From a virus, in UHGV virus genome UHGV-1430915: a stretch of DNA of 64,000 nucleotides; one strand, 5' to 3'. The position numbers and the translations under genes are program-made. Each line of letters opens with the position of its first letter. The first letter of the stretch is position 1. The notes below the pieces were generated by a model. It was not told the origin of the DNA. It saw only the letters and a program-made list of their open reading frames with translations, and did not search any database. This document shows, piece after piece, positions 45,534 to 55,190 of this stretch.

Positions 45534-45923
45534 GTGAAAAATAAACTGTTTAAAGTTACAATGAAAATTCGCGGAGCTTGGAGCGTAAAGCAAGGGCGCA
45601 TCCCAGAGTTTGAGAAAGACTTCTACGTAGTCTCCACCTCTGAAGAGGCTGCATGCTGGCAGGCTGGATATGCCTATGCAAGAACCTGGTACGAAGGATA
45701 CCAGACTGGAGGCTATGACGGAGAAATTGTCAGCAAGGGTGTGGAAGAAATTAATGTGTTGACAAGTGAAAAAGTTTTTGTTATAGTGCATCCTGATTCT
45801 AGAGTGAAGCATTACTGGAATGCCAGAACAAAAACCTGGACACCGTTTGCAGATTCTGCTACACCGCTTTTAAACCAGAAAGCTCTTGACTCTGCCCCAA
45901 GCTATGTGTTGAAGAAAAGATAA
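45534..45923 (+). CDS. hypothetical protein, family B
   Basis: HPDSRVKHYWNARTKTWTP paralogous to HPHSNIAYYWDVLNNEWTP in 47736..48131; GTG start, alternative ATG 45561. Confidence 0.5.
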   Translation: MKNKLFKVTMKIRGAWSVKQGRIPEFEKDFYVVSTSEEAACWQAGYAYARTWYEGYQTGGYDGEIVSKGVEEINVLTSEKVFVIVHPDSRVKHYWNARTKTWTPFADSATPLLNQKALDSAPSYVLKKR

Positions 45924-46007
45924 GCTGAAATAGTGGGGTACTTACATGATGGATTTAGTTTTGGACACTGATAACACCGAATCGTTTAAAAAGATGGTGT
46001 AATAAGC

Positions 46008-46235
46008 ATGGACCAACCCTGCCATGCCAAGATTGACTCAAAATGGACCTACAAGTTTGACGGTGAGATCTTCGCAAATGATGAGAAGGTCGTGGATGCT
46101 GTAGCCATTTTAAACGCTTTAGGGTATGACCCTGTGAACTCATTGATCAAGGATCCTGTTGAGTTTGCAGAGTATGTTCGTAAAATGGCAGATCTTGCAG
46201 TAGATATTTTAAAAACTATCGACGACAAGCTGTAA
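46008..46235 (+). CDS. hypothetical protein
   Basis: 75-aa ORF. Confidence 0.5.
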   Translation: MDQPCHAKIDSKWTYKFDGEIFANDEKVVDAVAILNALGYDPVNSLIKDPVEFAEYVRKMADLAVDILKTIDDKL

Positions 46236-46241
46236 AAACTG

Positions 46242-46270
46242 TTGACACAACACTTGATCTTTAGTATCAT
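46242..46270 (+). promoter_or_regulatory. sigma70-like promoter upstream of HPF homologue
   Basis: TTGACA-17 nt-TATCAT. Confidence 0.6.
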
Positions 46271-46317
46271 TATTTTCAAAGAGGGTTTGGTTCCCTCTTC
46301 TTTAAAAGGAGCACGTT

Positions 46318-46635
46318 ATGCAGATTGAAATCACTGGCAACGTAGATATCACTGAAGGTATGGTGTCTTTCATTTCCCACAAAATGTCCAAACTGGAGCG
46401 TTTGCACCCATCTGCCAACTATGCACGTGTGAGTGTAAAAGTTGAAAATGATCACCAGGAAGTTATGGCTTTTATTTTTGACAATTCTGGGAAAGAAGTT
46501 ATCGCCAAAGCTAAAGGTAGCGATGCTTACGAGGCAACTGACCGTATGGTGGATGTTGCAGCACGCCAGTTGGCTAAATGCGGTGGAAAGAAAGGTAAGG
46601 GAAAAGGTAAAGTAAAGATTGACTTTTTAGATTAA
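46318..46635 (+). CDS. hpf: ribosome hibernation promoting factor homologue (HPF/YfiA family)
   Basis: alignable with E. coli HPF: MQIEITGN.VDITE, KLE, VKVE, AKAKGSDAYEATD, ARQLAK; Lys/Gly-rich tail. Confidence 0.7.
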   Translation: MQIEITGNVDITEGMVSFISHKMSKLERLHPSANYARVSVKVENDHQEVMAFIFDNSGKEVIAKAKGSDAYEATDRMVDVAARQLAKCGGKKGKGKGKVKIDFLD

Positions 46636-46773
46636 GGTGCTACAATGGGCATGATTAAGAAATTAGTCCCAAATGTAGAGATTGCATGCTTTGAAATTAT
46701 GTTTGCAATCGCAGTTGTAGTTAATGTGTTAGGTTACGGCTATTAATTATCAAATAATTGAGGAGACCTCTAA

Positions 46774-47043
46774 ATGAAAATTAAATTATTCAAAACTGAG
46801 CTGGCAGACAAAAACTGCGGACTGGTTGAAGGCATGATCGTTGAAGCACAACCAGTTGACTACATGAAGGTGGTTCGTGATGCCCTGGGTGAAGGTTTTG
46901 ATCTGATGGAGCCAGCTCTGCGAGAAGATGTCATCGAGATGGCTAAAAAGCACACACCGGAAGGTTTGGTAGTGTTTGTTGCACCAGGTAACGGGGAAGA
47001 GTTGATTGTAACTCCGGATGTGTATGAGGTTGTAGAAGAGTAA
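46774..47043 (+). CDS. small acidic protein, family A (YEVVEE subgroup)
   Basis: MKIKLF...YEVVEE; similar to 48208..48468. Confidence 0.5.
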   Translation: MKIKLFKTELADKNCGLVEGMIVEAQPVDYMKVVRDALGEGFDLMEPALREDVIEMAKKHTPEGLVVFVAPGNGEELIVTPDVYEVVEE

Positions 47044-47135
47044 TCCTGCTTGGGTTGGAATACTTTCCTCGACAAGAAAGGTTTATAATTATTTGTGGGA
47101 AAGGAATCCCCATCTCTTACCAGAGGTGATACTAT

Positions 47136-47399
47136 ATGATTGTTTATTTTAAAACTTCAGGTGGATACCCTGATTCTCAAAGCTTGATTGGAAAAACGTG
47201 CACAGCATACTCCCCTCTTGATGAGGAGGTAAGTGGTATCCTACGAGATATGTATCGGATTGATCCACAAGAAGCTTTTGATCAAAACCTTGTATTTGTC
47301 AAGGGATCAGACATAAAGTCTTTGGGGGCATTCCCTGAAGCAGATGATGATGCTGTTTATTCGTTTATGACACCTTTTGAAGCTATGGTTGTGGGGTAA
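47136..47399 (+). CDS. small acidic protein, family A
   Basis: KGSDIKSLGAFPE; first gene of tandem triplet 2. Confidence 0.55.
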   Translation: MIVYFKTSGGYPDSQSLIGKTCTAYSPLDEEVSGILRDMYRIDPQEAFDQNLVFVKGSDIKSLGAFPEADDDAVYSFMTPFEAMVVG

Positions 47400-47403
47400 G
47401 AAT

Positions 47404-47736
47404 ATGAAAGTACGCTTTATTGGTGAAACAATTCCTGTGCATCTCCGGTCTCCTGAAGACTCTGCAGATCTTGCATCTCAAAAGGCGAGAGGGTATGATA
47501 AGAAAGTGATCTCAAGCAATGTAGAGCTTGAGGCCACCAGTCTGCCTGACCCAGCTGCATTCTTCAATCATTATGGCTACTATTTTAGCAATCTGATGAA
47601 TATTGGTGAGCTTGTGTTTATTAGTGGTGGAGAGATAGTTAGCAAGCTTGGTGGAGATCCGGATATCTTTCATGAAACCTGTCCTTTTGCATTTGTGGTG
47701 GGTTCAGATGTGGAAGTTATTGAGGAGGTTCGGTAA
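47404..47736 (+). CDS. small acidic protein, family A-like
   Basis: MKVRFIG...VVGSDVEVIEEVR; second gene of triplet 2. Confidence 0.5.
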   Translation: MKVRFIGETIPVHLRSPEDSADLASQKARGYDKKVISSNVELEATSLPDPAAFFNHYGYYFSNLMNIGELVFISGGEIVSKLGGDPDIFHETCPFAFVVGSDVEVIEEVR

Positions 47737-48131
47737 TGGTAAGTCTATACCGTGTTGAGTATAGCTCGGATACTGTATACAACGTAAGAAGCAAAGATCG
47801 CAGTGATAGAGTGCAAGAAATGTATGTTCTTGCAGATAGTCCGTTATCTGCAGCGTTCAAGGCAGGAGCTCTTGCATCTCGTTGGAAATTTGAGGGTGGA
47901 TCTTTCTATGAAGAAACCCTCGAAGATTCTGTTGTTATTTCTTCTGTAGAGGTTTCAACCGACTACGAAGGGAAAAAGTTCGTAATGCGGCACCCACACA
48001 GCAACATTGCGTACTACTGGGATGTTCTGAACAATGAGTGGACCCCTGATCTTCAGAAGGCCACTGTTCTAACCCCATTCCTGGCAGATAAGTTCCCACC
48101 AGAAGGTAATTTATCTGCACTGTTTCAGTAA
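47736..48131 (+). CDS. hypothetical protein, family B
   Basis: paralog of 45534..45923; third gene of triplet 2. Confidence 0.55.
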   Translation: MVSLYRVEYSSDTVYNVRSKDRSDRVQEMYVLADSPLSAAFKAGALASRWKFEGGSFYEETLEDSVVISSVEVSTDYEGKKFVMRHPHSNIAYYWDVLNNEWTPDLQKATVLTPFLADKFPPEGNLSALFQ

Positions 48132-48149
48132 TTTTATGCCACACAGGTG

Positions 48150-48178
48150 TTGACAACACCAACCCTGTGTGCAATAAT
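48150..48178 (+). promoter_or_regulatory. sigma70-like promoter
   Basis: TTGACA-17 nt-AATAAT. Confidence 0.5.
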
Positions 48179-48207
48179 ACCTTCATCTTAACAAGATAGG
48201 AGACCGA

Positions 48208-48468
48208 TTGATGAAGATTAAATTGAAAAACCTTGAAACGGCAGAGATTCAGGAAGGTGTTGATTTCCGTTCTAAAGATGGAGACATCCTAGAGGCGAAT
48301 GTCCCGACATATAAGTTGATTAAAGGTTTTGGCAACGTTCCGGAGGAGGATATTACAGACATTCTTATGATGTTGATCCTTGACGGGACTGTGTTTGTAG
48401 GTGAAGGTGAGAACGCTATTGCAATCCCGAGCCATTTTTATGAAGTAGTTGACGAAGAGGTGCTGTAA
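48208..48468 (+). CDS. small acidic protein, family A (YEVVDEE subgroup)
   Basis: MMKIKLKNLE...FYEVVDEEVL. Confidence 0.5.
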   Translation: MMKIKLKNLETAEIQEGVDFRSKDGDILEANVPTYKLIKGFGNVPEEDITDILMMLILDGTVFVGEGENAIAIPSHFYEVVDEEVL

Positions 48469-48819
48469 ATGAAAGTAGAGATCACAGGTTTTGATATGAA
48501 TGCGGTTCCGGAAGATATTTTAGCTAAACTCCCGGAAGGTTTTGGTAACGGTGTTGTGGTTGATGCTGTTCCTCCTACCAAAGACATCCTGCTGCAGTAT
48601 GGTGTGGCAGAGGAAGATGTTGATAAAGTTCTTACAATGATGGCAATCGACCGTGTTGTCGTTGTTAAAGGTCTTGAAGGTTTTGATAACGATCCTCTGA
48701 TTATTCGTGGTGATGACTATCGTATCATCGACAACGAAGGTCAGGGGTTCTACGAACCTTCTGCTGAAGATGTTCTTAACTTACTACTGGAAGCAGGTAC
48801 CGTAGAGGAGGCAGAATAA
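48469..48819 (+). CDS. small acidic protein
   Basis: 116 aa, MKVEITG start, acidic. Confidence 0.5.
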   Translation: MKVEITGFDMNAVPEDILAKLPEGFGNGVVVDAVPPTKDILLQYGVAEEDVDKVLTMMAIDRVVVVKGLEGFDNDPLIIRGDDYRIIDNEGQGFYEPSAEDVLNLLLEAGTVEEAE

Positions 48820-49148
48820 TGAAAATTGATCCGTTACTGAAGGCTCGTGCAGAAAAAGCATACACTATTAAGCTGACCTCTCTGGTTCCTACTTGTCATC
48901 CAGATGTAGGTTGGCCTGAAGGTCTGGTAGAGGGGACTGTAACAGCCGCATATCTCCCTAACATCAAATACCTCATGGAGATCTTGGAGATGGATGAGGA
49001 AACGGCAGAACAGTTCCAGTTAGACATGAAGCAAAGTGGGACTCTGGTTATTCACGGGTGGTATAATACTAAAGATGCAGAAGATCCCCTGGTAACTTCT
49101 AATCTGGCATATGAGATCTTAGGGCCTTTGAACTTGGGGGAAGACTAA
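48819..49148 (+). CDS. hypothetical acidic protein
   Basis: 109-aa ORF, stop/start overlap. Confidence 0.5.
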   Translation: MKIDPLLKARAEKAYTIKLTSLVPTCHPDVGWPEGLVEGTVTAAYLPNIKYLMEILEMDEETAEQFQLDMKQSGTLVIHGWYNTKDAEDPLVTSNLAYEILGPLNLGED

Positions 49149-49435
49149 TGAAAGATTTGGTTAAGATCAAGATTAAAGACACCAATGGAGAACTCAGCCA
49201 TTTTGGAATTAACGATGGTGACGAGCTGATCGCCCACCTGCCTACCAAGGAAGTTGTAAGCAAAGCGGTTGCCGGAGAAGAAGATGCAATGCAGGCTGCA
49301 GGTGTGGATGAAAACTATGTAGCAATGTGTATGTGCCGAGATCAGGTTGTTCTGTATAAAGCGTATCGACCAAATGGAGCACCTGAGTGGCTTGTTTTCC
49401 GACCCGAAGGATATGAAATTTTAGAGACGCTATGA
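49148..49435 (+). CDS. hypothetical acidic protein
   Basis: 95-aa ORF. Confidence 0.5.
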   Translation: MKDLVKIKIKDTNGELSHFGINDGDELIAHLPTKEVVSKAVAGEEDAMQAAGVDENYVAMCMCRDQVVLYKAYRPNGAPEWLVFRPEGYEILETL

Positions 49436-49524
49436 TAAATCTTGCCAAGGTTGCAACGGCACTGTTAATTATTTGCTGGATAGTGACCTTGGCACTATGT
49501 CTTGTATTTCATTAAGGGGGCTGT

Positions 49525-49788
49525 ATGAACATCTTGGTGTGGGTTGTAGCAGTAGCGTTTGTTGCGTGCCTCTCTTGTTGGGTTGCTGTGAGGATTTCTA
49601 TAGCCACTCTTCGGAAATTAGGGTTCTCAGAGTGGGATATTAATATCCTTTCTTTTCGCAATGAGACAATCTCAGCCGCCCTGCTGTGTAAGAAGTTTAA
49701 GTGGGAACCTTGTGAGGTCATGAACTATCTAAGAACAGGAGATATTCCTGAGAGATTTAAAAAAGTTCTTGACGGCAAAGACAAATGA
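49525..49788 (+). CDS. small membrane protein
   Basis: N-terminal TM segment ILVWVVAVAFVACLSCWVAV. Confidence 0.5.
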   Translation: MNILVWVVAVAFVACLSCWVAVRISIATLRKLGFSEWDINILSFRNETISAALLCKKFKWEPCEVMNYLRTGDIPERFKKVLDGKDK

Positions 49789-49943
49789 TAGTATAGTGAC
49801 TAACAAGAGGTGAGGAATGACTGATTTTACTGAAGCTTTAATGATGGCCTTATCTGTTTTAGCGCTATCGGTGTGTTTTGGGGCGTTATTCACATCTCTG
49901 GTTAAAGTTTTACATACCATATTCTCACCCAAGGAGCACAGTA

Positions 49944-50195
49944 ATGACGAAGATTGACTTAAATGCTGGCGACCATGTTGTTGTCAAATGCATCGGGGAT
50001 TATCTTGGATTCACAATCGGCAATACTTACGAGGCAGTGGTGGCGAAGGTTTATCATGATAAAGTCCTTAGCCTTGTATTTGACTGTGATGATGACGGAG
50101 ATGACCGCTACGTCTGTGAGGTGCTGGCACGTGACGATAGTGAAGACCAGAAATTCCTGGTTATCGAACTGAACGGTATTTTTGTAGAACGTTAA
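49944..50195 (+). CDS. hypothetical acidic protein
   Basis: start at ATG 49944 after AAGGAG; track ORF begins at 49878. Confidence 0.5.
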   Translation: MTKIDLNAGDHVVVKCIGDYLGFTIGNTYEAVVAKVYHDKVLSLVFDCDDDGDDRYVCEVLARDDSEDQKFLVIELNGIFVER

Positions 50196-50223
50196 TTTAA
50201 AACAATATAAGGAGACTCTTACT

Positions 50224-50529
50224 ATGGCTAAATCTAAAGTTGAACTGTTCACCTCTCTGCCTTCTGACACTGCAGAGCGTGATCGCCTCCGTAAAACAAT
50301 TGAAGAGCTGGTGGAACTTCAGCTTCAGATTAAAGATCTGAAAGACGCTATCAAGGATATTATTCTTGTAGAGAAACAGGATCACCTATATTCTCCTAAG
50401 TTTATCAAGTCATTGGTGGCTACCGAATTCGATATCCGCTATGAAGCTGAAAAACGTCGAGCTAAAATCGAAGAAGAGGTTGAGCACATGTCTGAAGCAG
50501 ACATTCTGTTCAAACGCTCTGCAGAATAA
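50224..50529 (+). CDS. hypothetical coiled-coil protein
   Basis: 101 aa, charged heptad-like sequence. Confidence 0.55.
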   Translation: MAKSKVELFTSLPSDTAERDRLRKTIEELVELQLQIKDLKDAIKDIILVEKQDHLYSPKFIKSLVATEFDIRYEAEKRRAKIEEEVEHMSEADILFKRSAE

Positions 50530-50535
50530 CAACGA

Positions 50536-50561
50536 AGAGGGGTCTTGGCCCCTCTTTTTTA
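50536..50561 (+). terminator. intrinsic terminator
   Basis: AGAGGGG-tcttgg-CCCCTCT followed by TTTTT. Confidence 0.7.
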
Positions 50562-50583
50562 CTATCTATGAAGGAGATTAGAG

Positions 50584-50910
50584 ATGCTAATGCCGATTAC
50601 TGTAAAAGAACTAAATGAACGTGATGCAGGAGGCCTGTGGCCTGCACGGAAAATACGCTGCGTTTATATGAAAGAGAATCTTGAACACCTTGATCAACAG
50701 ATTGCGGTTGGCGATATTTTCGAAGTTCTCTATTCTAATCGTCGCAACTGGGAAACCATTCAACCTTCCGGTTTTGTTCTTGCCAGACTTGATACCGGAG
50801 AAGTGATTATCCCTGGGCTGGATATTGTCTTCGAAATTATCCAGGAGTGGGATCCTGATAAGATTAAATATGAAGAGTTATTCGGTGAAGGTATTATCAA
50901 GCCTGTATGA
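50584..50910 (+). CDS. hypothetical protein
   Basis: 108-aa ORF after terminator, AAGGAG RBS. Confidence 0.5.
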   Translation: MLMPITVKELNERDAGGLWPARKIRCVYMKENLEHLDQQIAVGDIFEVLYSNRRNWETIQPSGFVLARLDTGEVIIPGLDIVFEIIQEWDPDKIKYEELFGEGIIKPV

Positions 50911-51218
50911 GGTGGATTATGTCTACAACGACAGCTAAATACTCCTATATGCCAGCAACCTCGGCAGAAATAGACTTCAGTTTTGATGTGTTTCCATTGT
51001 TTGAGGTGGTTCTGGCATACCCAACAATACTATCTACTCCTGAATCCCTTGTACCTGTTAAGTTGCAGAACGCTATGCATTCCATGCATTACAACAATAA
51101 ATGTAGGCACAGATGGTGTCAAGACGAGGAAAAAGATCTGGAGAGTTTGAAAGATTTTGACAGTCACCTTTTGACACCTTTTAGTTACTCAAACCTAGAC
51201 AAGCCTTCATGGGTATAG
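50907..51218 (+). CDS. hypothetical protein
   Basis: 103-aa ORF. Confidence 0.5.
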   Translation: MRWIMSTTTAKYSYMPATSAEIDFSFDVFPLFEVVLAYPTILSTPESLVPVKLQNAMHSMHYNNKCRHRWCQDEEKDLESLKDFDSHLLTPFSYSNLDKPSWV

Positions 51219-51431
51219 CAAAATATCAAATTTAAGGCACATAGGACGCTATGTGGCGTCCTTTTCTTTATCTGGTGCACGATTCCATACCTTAAGCAGT
51301 TAATCTCATTACAGAGCGTTTAAAGGCGGCTTACAAGCAACTCTCTATTTCGAGCGTAGCGAGAACGCACGTCCGTTTTGACCCAAATCACCATACGCTC
51401 GGATTTTAACCAAACCCTCGCGGCGTTTCTG

Positions 51432-51460
51432 TTGACACATTACCGCTCCAGTGATAATAT
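51432..51460 (+). promoter_or_regulatory. sigma70-like promoter
   Basis: TTGACA-17 nt-TAATAT; lies inside track ORF 51378..51791, whose 5' part is therefore rejected. Confidence 0.6.
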
Positions 51461-51480
51461 CCACACATCATTTGGAGAAT

Positions 51481-51582
51481 ATGGGATACACAATGAAAAC
51501 ATTGTCAGAGGTTTTGGTGGTGATCCTGATGATCATTACGTCCATAGTGGCTGTTGCCGGAATACTCACGGGTGGAACATGA
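51481..51582 (+). CDS. small hydrophobic peptide (33 aa)
   Basis: ATG after GGAGAAT downstream of promoter; single TM-like segment; stop overlaps next ATG. Confidence 0.35.
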   Translation: MGYTMKTLSEVLVVILMIITSIVAVAGILTGGT

Positions 51583-51791
51583 TAAACACACATGCATCTG
51601 AAGAGACATCCAAAGGAGTGACTATATGTCCCTTGGCTGAGCCAGTGAAAGAGGAAAACTTAGATTCTGAAGATTCTCCATCTTCGCTCCAGGTAGATCC
51701 TGAGGCTGATGACCTAACGTGGGAAGACATCGTAGACATCTGGTTCTCCATTATGCCTGAGCACGAAGAGTTCAGAGGTGGCAGACTATGA
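51579..51791 (+). CDS. hypothetical acidic protein
   Basis: in-frame 3' part of track ORF 51378..51791 starting at ATG 51579. Confidence 0.35.
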   Translation: MINTHASEETSKGVTICPLAEPVKEENLDSEDSPSSLQVDPEADDLTWEDIVDIWFSIMPEHEEFRGGRL

Positions 51792-51912
51792 AGCACCGAG
51801 CCCACACAGGTTCCTCATGCTAAAGCATGGCCTGAAGAGGCAAACGTGCATAATTCCTGTGCATTGGAACGTATAAAACCCTGTTCACACTCTCATTTCT
51901 AGAGGAGATTTC

Positions 51913-52128
51913 ATGAAGATAGAAATATTTGGTGGAGCTGACAACACTTGTGGCCTGATTTACCTCGAATTCGATGAATCGTACCTGCCAGAAGTGTTAA
52001 ACATGGATTCTGTTGCTGAGGCTTTGGGAGTAAGTCCTAAAGATCTCTACTCTGGTGCTGAGATTGATGGTTGGGAGGAGACCATGAACATCGATTTCAG
52101 TGAAGTAGGTGATGAACCGCTGGACTGA
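51913..52128 (+). CDS. small acidic protein, family A-like
   Basis: MKIEIFGG start, 71 aa, acidic. Confidence 0.5.
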   Translation: MKIEIFGGADNTCGLIYLEFDESYLPEVLNMDSVAEALGVSPKDLYSGAEIDGWEETMNIDFSEVGDEPLD

Positions 52129-52129
52129 C

Positions 52130-54420
52130 ACACAATTAGTTGCCCGGCTAAAGTGCTGGAAGCACCCATAACATCTTCCAACTAAATTTCCTACCAACAC
52201 AGTTACTTACCCACCACACATGACTGTTTGCTTGTTTAGTGAGCAGTCATCCCTTGACATTCTTGCCTATCTTGATAAAATTAAGTTCTTCTCTTTTCTT
52301 TTACCGAGTAATTCGGGTTTTCTGTTCTCTTCGGTTTGAAGGGGTATGGAGATACACCTGAGTGAACAGGGTGAACAACCGAACCTTTAGCTATGGCATT
52401 AGCATGGCGAAGCGGACGGGTGACGAAAGAGGGGCCGGAGGACACCAGTCACTGCCATATAGTATATGGGTGATAACCTGAAGAGTCTGAATAAGTGTTT
52501 AAGTACCAGTCAGAGGAAAAGGTGAATGGTAGCCGAAGGGGGAGGGGGGTTTCTTATATCTTTAATTTGTATACTTTATATACACTTGTAAACCAATTCA
52601 ATTAGGATCTGTTTACCACACAAAGTGGATGGAGACAAATATCACCTATTAAACTTGAATTATTTATAGAAAATACCACAACACTACTTAAGTCTTTGAT
52701 TTTACACACAAATCCTACAGATATTCACCCTCCATATTTAACATACTTGTAACATATCCCATACTCTACCTGTCTGATCAATTTACCCAACTACATCCCC
52801 ATATTTTTCCTGTCTGTACTACCCCTGCCCCGCCGGGAGTCTCGTCATATCTGGCTTCCCAGCAAATATCACACCCACAAATATCATTGCCTGAAGAGGG
52901 TTTCATCCCATAATACATGCCTTACCTGAAGAGGGTTTCATACACCACGTAAATTTTTTAATTGACCTCCCCTGCCCCGCCGGAGAGGTTGGCTTTTCCC
53001 ACACAGACCTGAAGAGTCGGCCAGAAATATCTGAATAGGTCCAGTTCTGCCCTGTCATGAGCGGTAGCGACTGGAGTGCTGCCAGGCGGACGGAATGGGA
53101 ATACTTCTCATTTTTATAATAATTCTCAAATATCGAGGCAGTGAGGCAAATTAATAGGTCAGGCCGTTCACACAGTGGCACAACATTTGCAATCTATCTT
53201 GTGGGAGTGAATGAGAATACCTATCATTGTGAGAATGGTTATCATTACGGGCAATTTAACATAATACCCATTATGCGCACCACTGGCGATACATACAGGG
53301 ATTGATAACATGGGTTACTGTTTACGCACATAACAATTATATTTCTTACTATTTGTGCGGGATATAGTTAGCAACCAATAGATTAGATATTGACCTGCGG
53401 ACTTCTGACCGTCCAGACGTCTAAACGCCCACACAATAAGGGTTATACATACATTCCTGAATGTAAACAGGGCCGCAAAAATGCTACCATACCAGTTTGT
53501 AAATTTTTCATGCAGCACTTGACAAAGAGGAGAAAAACTTGTCTGACACTTTTGCCACTTTTGACACAATATGACACAATAACGGCTGTTACTATTCCAT
53601 ATCTCACTGTTTACGCATAGACTGTTTACGCCTGAATAGTTTACGCCCAAACTGTTTACACAGAGATGATAAGCCATGCCATTCGTTTGCATGAAAACAA
53701 TTAACAAGATAACAATTAACAAGTTAATAATCTTTCGCTGGCTATGCCAGGTGACTAGGTCACCCCTTCGGGCGTTTATATGACATAATATAAAAGCAGG
53801 GCAACTATTAGAAGATCTATAGTTGCCTTACTTGTTATGTCATGATTAACTAAATACAAGGCAACTATGATCTGAGTAATAGATTGCAGAAAAACTATCA
53901 CGGGGGTGATGGTTACTGCTTTTATATTATGTCGCGACTCCGTCGCGCCATGCCATTCGTTTGCATAGTTGCCTTATTGTTACAGGTAAAATAATTACAT
54001 TATTAATTATTTCTTATCTTTCTCTTAGTCATCTAATGATTCCAGTCAGTATAGTAATGTACAGTAAACATTAGACGACTAAAGATTTCTCTGTTTATGA
54101 TAACTCATCGTGATAATTTCGGGCTGTTTACGAAAAATGTTGACACCTGAGCTGATTTATGTTATGCAGTTTACACGAATAATTATTTTATGCAGGTATT
54201 AACTATTCCGTTATTCTGTGGTTGGAATAAATACTTTGCAGGCTATAGAATGGCGTGCGTACGTGAATTCTGAGATCTGGCGGCTATAGTTATACTCGAT
54301 TTTTCGCGTAGAACACGCTTTAGATGCTGTGTAAGTGTATGACTTATAAAGATTTTTAGTTGTTGACAAGATATTGGAGATGTGCATCAGGTTAAAATTT
54401 GTGCAATAGCGGCATTACGT
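52130..54420. repeat. 2.3-kb ORF-free repeat-rich region (candidate origin, terminus or regulatory hub)
   Basis: no credible ORF; cctgaagag motif x4, cccctgccccgccgg x2, ~13-bp-period tgtttacgc iterons x4, catgccattcgtttgcat x2, acaattaacaag x2, palindromes ggtgac-tag-gtcacc and cgcgac-tcc-gtcgcg, ~19-bp inverted repeat flanking 53780-53935. Confidence 0.6.
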
Positions 54421-54580
54421 GCACTTTTGGGAGAGAAAACGGGTAAAAATGGACTTGCTACCACACAATGAAAAATTATGCAATAGTTATTTTCCATGTA
54501 TATTTGTACAGTATGTGGGATTGATGGCTAGTCAATTATTCCACTTGCCAGGTAGGGCCGTTTATGGTAGGAGAAGAGCA

Positions 54581-54607
54581 GACAAAAAGAAAGGGGCCTA
54601 AGCCCCT
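54581..54607 (-). terminator. intrinsic terminator at 3' end of minus-strand small-gene block
   Basis: minus-strand stem AGGGGC/GCCCCT followed by TTTCTTTTTGTC. Confidence 0.6.
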
Positions 54608-54626
54608 TGATAATTCAGTTAAAAAA

Positions 54627-55046
54627 TTATAATGATTCGTATATTTCAAAAATCCGATTTGCCAGGTCGTTACGGTAGCTGAATTTTTCCTCACGTTTGA
54701 TCATAAGATCTTTATAGCCGTACTCTTTAAGCACTTCATTAACTTTATGGCGGCATACTTTCATATTATCCTGCGCGTCACCAATAAATCTGTTGCTATG
54801 GTGCATGGCTTTAATTTCTTCTTCCAGGACCAGGGCAACTATGCGGACCGGATCAAGCTGATAGGCGGTAACATCCATGCGGCATTGTAAACGGCTTTTT
54901 ACGTCTGCCACCGGATATACTGCAACCTCTTCCCCGTCAACATTGACAATAATTAGTTTACCATCGATTTCGAATCCTTTCGCCGCCGGACCGTGACAAA
55001 AAGCGTTATCAAAGCTATATGCCGGATTATTAGATTTAATGTTCAT
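54627..55046 (-). CDS. hypothetical protein
   Basis: 139-aa ORF with upstream promoter and RBS. Confidence 0.55.
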   Translation of the reverse strand: MNIKSNNPAYSFDNAFCHGPAAKGFEIDGKLIIVNVDGEEVAVYPVADVKSRLQCRMDVTAYQLDPVRIVALVLEEEIKAMHHSNRFIGDAQDNMKVCRHKVNEVLKEYGYKDLMIKREEKFSYRNDLANRIFEIYESL

Positions 55047-55094
55047 GGTGTTTTTACCTCTTAGTTAATTTTCTTACAACTTCCCTTCAAAAAA

Positions 55095-55123
55095 GAATAT
55101 AGCAAAACTGCCGATCCCTGTCA
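55095..55123 (-). promoter_or_regulatory. sigma70-like promoter
   Basis: minus strand TTGACA-17 nt-TATATT. Confidence 0.6.
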
Positions 55124-55190
55124 ACCAGGGATAGCATAATTTTTATGTGATCAAGGGGCTTTATTGCCCCTGACCATGTAACTTGTTGTA

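Noticed and set aside
51378-51578. 5' portion of track ORF 51378..51791
   Set aside because: A near-consensus promoter (51432-51460) and a separate RBS-led 33-aa ORF lie inside it. Only the 3' part from ATG 51579 was kept.
52903-53722. ORFs 52903..53181 (-), 53315..53722 (-), 53390..53620 (+) in the repeat-rich region
   Set aside because: Their translations mirror the DNA repeats (for example VNSLGVNYSGVNSLCVNS from the tgtttacgc iterons). No RBS. Region treated as non-coding.
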